A stretch of DNA of 63,865 bases, counting the filler, from Myxococcota bacterium (GTDB taxonomy: Bacteria; Myxococcota_C; UBA6777), in assembly GCA_023150835.1 (NCBI GenBank). It is 3 parts of 3 records of this genome, joined end to end, with 100 filler letters (N's around TTAATTAATTAA, not from the genome) between each part and the next. Parts side by side here need not be neighbours in the genome. Positions count along the whole stretch, not along the records: positions 22,034 to 43,674 come from JAKLKB010000123.1; positions 43,775 to 63,865 come from JAKLKB010000127.1; 1 more part is not named here. The stretch is one strand, 5' to 3'. Position numbers and translations under genes: made by a program. The notes under the pieces are model-generated. The model did not search any database and was not told the DNA's origin. It was given only the letters and a program-made list of their open reading frames with translations. This document shows positions 37,157 through 45,553 of the stretch, in pieces (position 1 is the first letter of the stretch; every line of letters begins with the position of its first letter).

Positions 37157-38011
37157 TTACCCCCCCAGCAAAAACTCCAACAGTAGCGCATTCACCCGCT
37201 CAGGCGCATCACACTGCACCCAATGGCTTGCGTCCGAGATCCGATCCACCCGAAGCACCCGCACCCAATGCTCCAACCCTTCCAACAAAGACAGCCCCAG
37301 ATACTTGTCCTGTTCTCCCCAGATCACCTGTGTGGGGGCCTCGACGATCTGTCTTTTTGGCCAATAGCTCGAAAGATCCCTTGCTGCGGCCCGATAATAG
37401 TTCAGCCCCGCCGTCAAAGCCCCTTCTTGACCCAACGCCTCACAATACAACCGACGATCTTCCTCTGTAAAAGCCTCTTTATGCACAGGATCACGCTGCA
37501 ACAGCTTGTCCAACAACGCGAACCCATCTCGACGAATCACTCGCTCCGCAAACGGCGACTGAAACTGCAAGATATACAGCGATTTTTGAAACTGTTCCCA
37601 CGTCCGCAACTTCTTCGCAAACACCACAGGATGCGGCGCATTCAAGATCGCCAACTTCTCCACAACACGCGGATGCCGCAACGCCACTTGCCACGCCACC
37701 ACCCCTCCCCAATCATGCCCCACCACCACCGCGCTCTCTTCCCCTGCGTCCTTGATCAGCCCCAACACATCCCCCACCAACGCTTCCATCCGATACGACG
37801 CCAATCCCTTCGGCTTTTCCGACAGATTGTACCCCCGCATATCGGGCGCAATCACCCGATAACCCGCCTCCGCCAACGCTCCGATCTGATGCCTCCACGA
37901 ATACCAAAACTCTGGAAACCCATGCAACAACACCACCAACGGCCCTTCGCCGTACTCCACAAGGTGCAGCCGCACGCCATTCACTCGCGTTTCCCGATGT
38001 ATCCAACCCAT
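37157..38011 (-). CDS. Alpha/beta hydrolase, epoxide hydrolase family
   Basis: LLHGFPEFWYSWRHQ, APDMRGYNLS, VGHDWGG, NYYRA, IWGEQD, ASHWVQ. Confidence 0.93.
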   Translation of the reverse strand: MGWIHRETRVNGVRLHLVEYGEGPLVVLLHGFPEFWYSWRHQIGALAEAGYRVIAPDMRGYNLSEKPKGLASYRMEALVGDVLGLIKDAGEESAVVVGHDWGGVVAWQVALRHPRVVEKLAILNAPHPVVFAKKLRTWEQFQKSLYILQFQSPFAERVIRRDGFALLDKLLQRDPVHKEAFTEEDRRLYCEALGQEGALTAGLNYYRAAARDLSSYWPKRQIVEAPTQVIWGEQDKYLGLSLLEGLEHWVRVLRVDRISDASHWVQCDAPERVNALLLEFLLGG

Positions 38012-38278
38012 CAACCACCTCCAGATCCATTCAACGCCATCAGGGGGGGGAACCTCACAAACCCAACCCCCACAAACCCCACAGCACAAACCCTATCCTC
38101 ACTCAATTGACCGATTCTCTCGTCAGCAGCGTGAACTCGACACGTCGGTTGCGAGCGCGCCCTTGTGCGTCTTGATTGCTTCTTACCGCTCCCTCTGCCT
38201 TTCCCCCTCGCCTCTGCGAAAAGCAGGGAGAGGGGGATGCCCGCTAGGGCAGGGGGTGAGGGTAAAAAGCAACAAGCG

Positions 38279-39124
38279 TCAATACCTCACCAACCGAAAG
38301 CCGAAACCAGAACTGCGGCCCGACGTTCCATAGGGATCGCGATACGCCGCACGCGCATACCACAAATTAAAGTATCAACTACCACCCCGCACCACACAGC
38401 GGTCCGCTGGCTTGCTTTGGAGTGGATCCTGCGTCGCCATCCCTTCATACGAACCGTACATGTCCATCGTCCACTCCCACACATTCCCCAACATATCCTT
38501 CAGTCCCCATGCGTTCGCCTTCTTCCCACCTACGGGGTGCGTCTTTTTGTCGCTGTTGCCACCATACCAAGCCACCTCATCAACATCCCCGTACCACGCT
38601 CCTGTTGTTCCCGCTCGTGCTGCGTATTCCCACTCTGCCTCTGTCGGCAACCTCCATCCTTTGCATTGGAAGATCCTTCGATCCGTCACGGCACAAGGCA
38701 CCCGCTTTTGCGCTTCCGACAACTTGTTCGCAAACGCTCGCGCATCATGCCAGTTCACCTTCTCCACAGGGCAGTTGTCGCCGCATTTCTGAAAATGCGA
38801 TGGATTCGACCCCATCAACGCCCTGTACTGTCCTTGTGTCACTTCCGTCTCCAACATCCAAAATCCCTTGCTGATCTGAACCCTTCGCTGCGGCCCCTCA
38901 TCGTATTGCCGCCCCGCCTCCCCTATCGGACTCCCCATCACAAATGATCCCGCTGGAATCCATCGCATCGCAAACGCCGATCCTCCCGCCACAAACGTCT
39001 TTCGTGTTCCTGCTCTTCGCGCTCCTCCTTTTCCCTGCGAATAGCCCTCTCCACCACCCCACAATGCCAAACCAAACACCAACACCAAACCACACACTCC
39101 CACCATCCACCGCTGTCTTTGCAT
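38279..39124 (-). pseudogene. Secreted FGE-sulfatase/CLec protein with an in-frame nonsense codon in the VR-equivalent region
   Basis: All FGE motifs are present. RGGS is followed by TGA (38375-38377) where Trp (TGG) is conserved. The same frame continues YFNLWYARAAYRDPYGTSGRSSGFGFRLVRY to a stop at 38279-38281. Confidence 0.8.
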
Positions 39125-39399
39125 CTTTACCACTCCTTTTTTCAATCTGGCATTTTTTCTCTAGATTTGTGGGGTGCCACCCCATACCTCGCCATAGACT
39201 GTCGCCCATTGACCCCGATATCGGCGAACAGAGCATCGTTTTTCACACCAACGGCTCTTTCGCTTGAGACGCCTCGAACACGGGGGATTGTCGGCCAGCG
39301 GCCTTCATCCCATCCGAAACACAGGCTTTTCGACCGACGGTCTCTGTTCCGTCCCAAACACAGGTTTCTTGGCCAAATGCGCCGCTCATCTCCTTTTTT

Positions 39400-39572
39400 T
39401 GAAAAACACCGACGCTACGGGTGAAACAGGCCCCTTGTGGAGGACGCCCCGAAACGCAGCATCGGTGCTGTTTGGTTCTTTGGTGCTTTCGCACACAGGG
39501 AGCGAAGCGGTGGTTCTCTTATACCTGTTGGCGCGGTCTCCGTAAAGGCCGCACATCGAAGATGTTAGAGAA
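39400..39572 (-). ncRNA. Putative DGR spacer RNA downstream of the TR
   Basis: Non-coding region directly 3' of the TR. A 13-bp stem (39455-39467 with 39407-39419) pairs fully only on the minus strand, using two G-U wobbles, and is followed by a U-run. A second stem GCGGCC...GACCGC lies nearer the TR. Confidence 0.55.
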
Positions 39573-39686
39573 GCTGAGCAAGCGGAAACCAAGGTTGTTG
39601 TTGCGATTCGTCGGCGCATTGTTGTTGCGATTCGCTGAGCGCACGTTCCTCGCGTTGTTGTTCCAACTACCACCTCGATTCACCCG
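39573..39686 (-). repeat. DGR template repeat (TR)
   Basis: Minus strand CGGGTGAATCGAGGTGGTAGTTGGAACAACAACGCGAGGAACGTGCGCTCAGCGAATCGCAACAACAATGCGCCGACGAATCGCAACAACAACCTTGGTTTCCGCTTGCTCAGC. This reads RVNRGGSWNNNARNVRSANRNNNAPTNRNNNLGFRLLS, an AAC/AAT-rich copy of an FGE C-terminus directly after the RT stop. Confidence 0.95.
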
Positions 39687-39698
39687 CTTCGTACTGTT

Positions 39699-40695
39699 TC
39701 ATGCTTCGACCCCTCCGCCTATCCCTTCAAAGAAGCGACGGCGAAACGGCAATGTATGCCTGCCCAAACTATGCCCAAGTCGCGCTGCACTACAAGCTGC
39801 CAGCCTGACTTCCGATACCTTTCCCGCCCGATGCTCCGACCACAATCGCCGAAACCCTCTACAGAAACGATGCTTCCGCGCCGCTGTCCAACGCAACCCG
39901 CTCCGAAAAACCCGCACACCCAAAAAGCGCACACCTTCCGTCACCGGACAAAGCCTTGTCACCGACCTTTTCAAATCCAAACACAATTCGCCCACAACGA
40001 TCTCTTGCAGCGCAAACAAAGCATCCCATAACGCTGCTTTCTCCGCACCAAAGCACAAGATGTCGTCCATGCACCGACTCTTTCGCCGCGTGATCCAGCC
40101 GACCCAAATAAAAGTTCGCAAAATGTTGGCTCGTGAGGTTCCCTATCGGCAACCCCTTACCTTCACGCGATCCCTCCAACGGCACCCCAAGGATCTTCGC
40201 AAATAGCCGATGCAACGCCCTCTCCCCAAATTTTCGCTCCAACGCAGCTTGAAGCACCCCGTGATCGATGCTCTCAAAAAATCGCTCGATATCCAGTTTC
40301 AGCACATACGGATAACGCCGTGCATAGGTCTGCGCTGCTTCCAAAGCCCGTAAGCTGCCTTTGCCTTTTCGACAAGCGTAACTGTCCCTTGTTGCATAAG
40401 CCTCCAAATGCGGCTCCAGTACACCGCATAGCGCGTGATGCACCACCCTGTCCCGAAATCCTGCCGCCGAGATCCGACGTGCCTTTGGATCGCACACCCA
40501 AAAATGCCGCAATCGTCCCGGTTCATAACCGCCCGAACGTAGCTCTTCTTGCAACCGCAATATCTCCGCTTCACGATCCCACAAAAAAGCCTGTACATCT
40601 TTCCTTTGGCGTTTTCCCTTCGCAGCTCGTTCTGTCGCCTTCCACAACGTCTCAAACGCACAAACCTGCTCAAATAGCCCATCTACCCGCTTCAT
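39699..40695 (-). pseudogene. DGR-class reverse transcriptase, frameshifted at the catalytic motif
   Basis: MKRVDGLFEQ..., DPKARRISAAGFRDRVVHHAL, SYACRKGKG, LKLDIERFFESIDH, GLPIGNLTSQHFANFYL. At ~40077 the frame shifts from DHAAKE to RCMDDILCF, followed by GVRFLGVRVF. The start overlaps the avd stop (ATGA). Confidence 0.88.
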
Positions 40696-41087
40696 TGGCT
40701 CGCACCTATCGACTTCAACCAACCACCCAACATCCGCCCCGCTTCCACTAGCCTTTGACTCGTCTGCTCCAAACCACCGTGGCTGAGGTAGCCTCGTGTG
40801 TGGCACAACCGCACCAACAAACGCAATCGCTCCAGCTTCCGATTCACACCTTCCAGTATCGTGCGCTTTTCCTTCCGATAACGCGCTTCGATCAATTCCT
40901 CGAATATCTCCAACGCCAGATCCTCCACCCGCCTTGTCAGCGTCATCCGTGCCGCCTTTGGGAACTTTTCGGTTCGCTCCAACAACTCCCCTACAAATCC
41001 CTCCCACAACGTCAACAACGGTAACGACGCGACGTTCCCCTGACCTTCTTTCCCTTCCTCACTTTTCTCCGTCTTTTCCCGTATCAC
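40692..41087 (-). CDS. avd: DGR accessory variability determinant (Avd / four-helix bundle)
   Basis: KFPKAARMTLTRRVE...LRLLVRL...L.EAGRMLGGWLK, typical of bAvd-like proteins. Translationally coupled to the RT. Confidence 0.9.
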   Translation of the reverse strand: MIREKTEKSEEGKEGQGNVASLPLLTLWEGFVGELLERTEKFPKAARMTLTRRVEDLALEIFEELIEARYRKEKRTILEGVNRKLERLRLLVRLCHTRGYLSHGGLEQTSQRLVEAGRMLGGWLKSIGASQ

Positions 41088-41989
41088 TTCTCCCTTACTC
41101 TTTTTTCCTGCCCTTTCCGTGCTTTACGAAGCGTGAGACTCCCGTTGGTCGTCTTCCGTGTCTTCTGTGGACGGCCTTCCTTCGCCTTTCGGGAGCTCTT
41201 CCGCTTCTCTCGCTTGCCGCTCCGCTTGCCGCTCCGCTTGCTGCGCTTCCTTCGCTTCAGACTCCCCCCAGACTTTTTGCAATCCGCCATCACGATGGCT
41301 GTTTCAGCTAATGGACTCTCCATCACATACACTTTTACACCGCCCACGTTCGCCGACACCACCAACACGCCCCATCCTTCGATGCTTGAGGTTGCCCCGC
41401 TCGTTCCGCTTGTTCCCGTCGAAGCCACGCGCTGCCCACAACCCGGCATCCGCACCAACAACATCCCTTTTCCCGCGATATCCGGCCTCAACGACGGCGT
41501 TTGTGTCTTCCCCAACTTGCGCGCTTCATCACTTACTTTGTCGCTCACGTAGTCCTGTATCTCTTGCGCTGTAATGCACTTGTCTCCGTTCTTATCCGCC
41601 TCTCCACGCAATCCCTTCAAGAAGTAGTGCGTATATAGCCCATTCCCCAAATTTCTCGGTTCCAACGACACTTCGTTTCCATCCGACGGCGTGAACACCA
41701 CACGATTTTCACCCCGAAACATCGTTCCGTGCGTGCTCGGTAGAAAATTACTCTTTTCTCTTCCCAAACTTGCGATATACTCCGAGGCCACCGCTCGGCT
41801 AAAGCATGTAGCCAGCACCAACATCTGTTGCCGCACACGCATCCGCTTCAACGCATTCTCCAAAAATCCTCCCGACAGCCCCGAATGCTTCAACCTCGCC
41901 GCATCCGAATCGTGCATCACTAAGAAGCTTCCTTCCTCTCCTAACTTCTCTCCTTGCGTACTCACGAATACAAACACCATCCTCCCCAT
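41084..41989 (-). pseudogene. Truncated or degenerate caspase-like (peptidase C14) protein with the start of a PEGA domain
   Basis: VFVFVSTQG (cf. FSGHG), LVLATCFS (cf. LDACHS), NGLYTHYFLKGLRGEADKNGD..IT..E...YV...V....QTP. This is followed by GVLVVSANVGGVKVYV and a basic, apparently out-of-frame tail. The N-terminal part of the caspase fold is missing. Confidence 0.62.
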
Positions 41990-42225
41990 ACTACGAAAAA
42001 ACCTCTCGGTGCAACCCCCCTCTTTCTTTCCATTCCGCCTCTTCTCTGTCCCAAAACGCATAGCGTTCTTCAAATAAGGCCGACTTCGCGTCCTCCCAAG
42101 CGACCGAGGCGTTCGTTTGGAAAATCTCTGTTCGCTTCGCCAATACCCGCGACCTATGGCGGAGTCTGAAGCGGAACCCCAAACACAACCCGCTCCCTCG
42201 CCTCGATAGTCCTCTAAAAAAATCC

Positions 42226-42311
42226 TTGACAGATCTCGAAAGCGGTTTACACTACAAACCAAGTTTGTATCACAAACCAGTTTACATCACAAACAGGTTC
42301 ACATCACAGAC
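42226..42311 (+). promoter_or_regulatory. Sigma70-type promoter overlapped by four tandem palindromic operator sites
   Basis: TTGACA (42226-42231), 16 nt, TACACT (42248-42253). 15-bp sites: GTTTACACTACAAAC (42245), GTTTGTATCACAAAC (42263), GTTTACATCACAAAC (42280), GTTCACATCACAGAC (42297). Confidence 0.7.
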
Positions 42312-42321
42312 CGAGAAAACG

Positions 42322-43062
42322 ATGAACGAAAAACCCCACCCACCCGAAGAATTAGAGACAGCGTTGGCGAATGTGCGGATGATCCGCGAAGTGATGGACA
42401 AGGTGCGACTGAGTCATCCTGTGCGGGAGATGATGCGTCCGCTGCTGTTGCTTGGCTTGTGGTTTATGCCGGTATTTGTGCTGTACGGTGTGGTGTGCCA
42501 ATGGCTATTGGATCAACCTGTAGCGCAGCTTTGGGGGCAGCCGAAAAGCACATGGATCTGGAGTGCGAGCTTTCTGTTGTTCTCCTTTGCGGGTTATGCA
42601 AAATACTATGTCTCACGCCCAGAAATGAACCGTCATGGGTATGATTATCTGAGTTTTTTAAAGCGAATTCTTGTGGGTGATGGGTATTTGCGGATCGTAT
42701 TTGGCGTGTTGGCGCTGTTAGGCGCAAGCATCGCATTGGTCGTGCAAGCGGGCCTGAGCCACCAAATACCGGGGCTTTTCGTGATCGGAACGGGCGCGAT
42801 TATGTTGATGCTTCCGTTGGCGCTTCCGCTGCCTGAACTCACAGGAACTGGTGTGTTTTTGATCTTTGCAGGGATTTTTTCGCTGTTTGTGTTTCCGACG
42901 TACCCTTTCTATAAGATATCGGTTTTGTTTGGCTTATTTAATCTGCTTGTTGGTCTGCAAGGGTTGAAAATCGCTGCTTCGCCACAACCAATCACTCTGA
43001 CAGAATCGAGCGAAAAAAACGCACAAGGCGACATCGAAAAAACGGGTCAAACGCATGGATGA
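42322..43062 (+). CDS. Hypothetical multi-pass membrane protein
   Basis: About six hydrophobic helices after an N-terminal 'L..IR.VM' helix. Overlaps the following regulator gene. Confidence 0.8.
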   Translation: MNEKPHPPEELETALANVRMIREVMDKVRLSHPVREMMRPLLLLGLWFMPVFVLYGVVCQWLLDQPVAQLWGQPKSTWIWSASFLLFSFAGYAKYYVSRPEMNRHGYDYLSFLKRILVGDGYLRIVFGVLALLGASIALVVQAGLSHQIPGLFVIGTGAIMLMLPLALPLPELTGTGVFLIFAGIFSLFVFPTYPFYKISVLFGLFNLLVGLQGLKIAASPQPITLTESSEKNAQGDIEKTGQTHG

Positions 43063-43372
43063 TCCAACAAAAATCTTTGCGCTTTCCAAGATCTTTCATG
43101 AACCAGCGCGCCTTGCGATCATGACGTTGCTTTCGGCACGCCCCGAAGGTGTTGATTTCAATGGGATGCGCAACACGCTCAAGATGACCAAAGGCAATCT
43201 TGTGGTTCACGTCTCAAAGCTCGAAGAGGCGGGGTATGTCGAAGTCCTCAAAGAGTTTCTCGACCGACAACCTCGCACACTTTACCGCACAACCGCTCTT
43301 GGACGTGAGGATTTTTCCATTTATCTCCGACGGCTCGAAGATATCATCTCTCAAGCACGCAAATATGCTTAA
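43055..43372 (+). CDS. Winged helix-turn-helix transcriptional regulator (HTH_34, ArsR/MarR-like)
   Basis: IFHEPARLAIMTLL...F..MR..L.MTKGNL..H..KLEEAGYV...K.F..RQPRT.Y..T..GR..F..Y. Confidence 0.9.
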   Translation: MDDPTKIFALSKIFHEPARLAIMTLLSARPEGVDFNGMRNTLKMTKGNLVVHVSKLEEAGYVEVLKEFLDRQPRTLYRTTALGREDFSIYLRRLEDIISQARKYA

Positions 43373-43538
43373 CTTTCGATATGATCGGCGAGTTTCGTAC
43401 GGATACGGTATTCGAGAGATGTGCGATCAAAGGGCAGTACATAGACGCCCTGTTGTTGGCTGATACGATCTCCGAGTGATGCGTACACGAAGCATCGTTC
43501 GCAGACGCCCTGTTTTGGGCAGCCACAGGGGGCTGCCC

Positions 43539-43674
43539 CCATACGCGCCTTGTTAAGGTGGAAACACCGGAGGGTCGAGGATGATCGCCGTTTTGGGTGT
43601 TGGCCCCCCCTCAATCCCCCCGTGAACGGGGGGAAGTTGGAACGGGTAGCGTCTGCGTCTCGTGCATACAGCGT
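43539..43674. mobile_element. Left part of MITE-like family A element, truncated by the contig end
   Basis: CCATACGCGCCTTGTTAAGGTGGAAACACCGG... is shared with 63741-63865, and the distal part matches 1-71. Confidence 0.6.
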
Positions 43675-43774
43675 NNNNNNNNNNNNNNNNNNNNNNNNNN
43701 NNNNNNNNNNNNNNNNNNTTAATTAATTAANNNNNNNNNNNNNNNNNNNNNNNNNNNNNNNNNNNNNNNNNNNN
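43675..43774. other. Artificial contig-joining linker
   Basis: N44-TTAATTAATTAA-N44. Confidence 0.98.
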
Positions 43775-43863
43775 CGTCAAAAGCGTATCCATAAGCGTCG
43801 ATGCGGTTTGTTGTAAACGCCCTGTGATTGGGCAGCCACACCTGTCTGCCCCTACTTTTTCAC

Positions 43864-44008
43864 GTACTTCACGGACGGAACTCGTAGAAACTGTTTGCTT
43901 TGAAAAAAGCAGCCTTCAAAGCGAACAGTCCGGAGCAGAAACCTCGTTACGCAGGGAAAAAACAGTCGTGTTGTCAGCGAAACGAATCGATTGAGTTGGT
44001 CCAAGTGC
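43864..44008. mobile_element. ~145-bp MITE-like element (family D)
   Basis: Imperfect terminal inverted repeats (left GTACTTCACGGACGGAACTC; right, reverse-complemented, GCACTTGGACCAACTC). Near-identical to 22034-22158, with CACCTGTCTGCCCCTAC REP halves on both sides. Confidence 0.55.
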
Positions 44009-44310
44009 ACACCTGTCTGCCCCTACGTTTTGCGATCACACACCCTGCGGATCTCGTATAAGCCCTATCATCGCAAGACTTACGCTCCATCCACCGCGAC
44101 ATCTCGAAACTTCTTCGTCTTTCCCTTGGTGCTTTGCTTGATCACCCCTCACCATCACAAGATCTTGCCCCCCTTGTGATGGGGCGCAAAGTGCGGCTAT
44201 CGTACCCGTGCTTCGCGTCGATTTATCTGCTCCACCCACTGCCAAAGGAGGTTTTCTCAGCCACCATCATTTTTCTTGTTCCACCACCCCCCTTCAAGGA
44301 GATTAGCCTG

Positions 44311-45525
44311 ATGAGTTCGATGCTTCTGTTTTATTTGCTTTCCTTCCTTACGCCACTCAAGCCCGGTTCCCCCGCGCCACCCGCCCAAGTCGTTTACAAA
44401 CACACCCTCGCAGAGTCCAACGTGATTCTTTCCACGCATCTTCGGCCTTTTGCGGACGGCTTCTTTGATCGCCTCGAAGCCTTCGGCCAAGAAGAATTCA
44501 TCAAAAACAACCCCGGCTTTTCGCGTGCTTATGCAACCTCCCTCGAACAGATCAAAAAAGCCTTCGATGAATTCTCCCAAAATAGCGGCATCGATCCACT
44601 CAAGGATATCCACTTTATGACGCTTTCGATGTACGCCACCGAGCGCAAACCCCACATCCTGATCGCATTGGGCGGCAAATTCAACGAAAAACAATGCGCC
44701 ATGCTTGCCAAGTGGATGAACCTCCAAGGCCCCACCACCCAACAAAACGGATATACCGTCCACCAAAGCACCAGCAAATGGCGGCGTCAGGTTTTGGCCC
44801 TTTCTCCTGATGGACAGCTTCTTTTTTCTGAGCGAGACACCCTACAAAAATACCTGATCCGCGCCAACGATGGCCTCGGTCTTGTCGCTCGCATGGCCCA
44901 ACAACAACGCCCGGGCGACCTCTTTTCTTTTGGATTCGACCCACACAGCGGCGAGATGCCCAAGATCTTCCCCAAACTCCCCGGCACGATCCGCGATCTG
45001 CTCGCAGGATGGAAGACCATCCACCTCAGCACACAGATCCAACAAGCCGACCTCAACGTCTGGACCACCGGCGGCCAAGCCCTCCGCCGCACCACCTCGT
45101 TGATGCGCGGCATCGAAGCCTTCGCCAAAGCAGGCGATCTCAGCGTGCGCGGTATGCTCAATCTGCTCGACGGGCTCCTCGAAGACGATTCCTCCAAACT
45201 ACCGCCTTCTCCGTTCGGCGCGATCTTCCAGCACAAAAAAGCACTTCTTCGCATCCTACGCGAGCAATTTGGAACCTCCCCCCTCGCCTCCAGCCTCCGC
45301 AGCAGCAGCAAAGAAAGCGTCCACCTCACCCTCCAAGGCCGCCTCAGCAGCAACATCGCGATCCTCGTCAGCTTTGGCGGATTCCCTGCCTTTTTCCTCT
45401 TCCGCCAGACCTCACGCAGAGCCATGCGCCCATCCCGCCGATACCCTCGGGCTTATCCAGCCAAACCGCCCACCGTTCCGCCGCCACACCATACCCCCCA
45501 CCAACCTCCCCCACCCCTCCGATAA
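44311..45525 (+). CDS. Hypothetical exported protein (paralogue 1)
   Basis: AAGGAG RBS, hydrophobic N-terminus, C-terminal hydrophobic helix and Pro-rich tail. Similar to the next ORF. Confidence 0.75.
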   Translation: MSSMLLFYLLSFLTPLKPGSPAPPAQVVYKHTLAESNVILSTHLRPFADGFFDRLEAFGQEEFIKNNPGFSRAYATSLEQIKKAFDEFSQNSGIDPLKDIHFMTLSMYATERKPHILIALGGKFNEKQCAMLAKWMNLQGPTTQQNGYTVHQSTSKWRRQVLALSPDGQLLFSERDTLQKYLIRANDGLGLVARMAQQQRPGDLFSFGFDPHSGEMPKIFPKLPGTIRDLLAGWKTIHLSTQIQQADLNVWTTGGQALRRTTSLMRGIEAFAKAGDLSVRGMLNLLDGLLEDDSSKLPPSPFGAIFQHKKALLRILREQFGTSPLASSLRSSSKESVHLTLQGRLSSNIAILVSFGGFPAFFLFRQTSRRAMRPSRRYPRAYPAKPPTVPPPHHTPHQPPPPLR

Positions 45526-45553
45526 CCACACACCCTCATAAGGAGAATCCGCC

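Noticed and set aside
38375-38377. TGA recoded as Trp or selenocysteine (alternative genetic code)
   Set aside because: Many genes here end at TGA at the expected position and use TGG for Trp. A single nonsense change or sequencing error is simpler.
39699-40695. RT as a group II intron or retron
   Set aside because: There is no maturase/endonuclease extension or recognisable intron domain V/VI. The adjacent avd and AAC-rich TR identify it as DGR-type.
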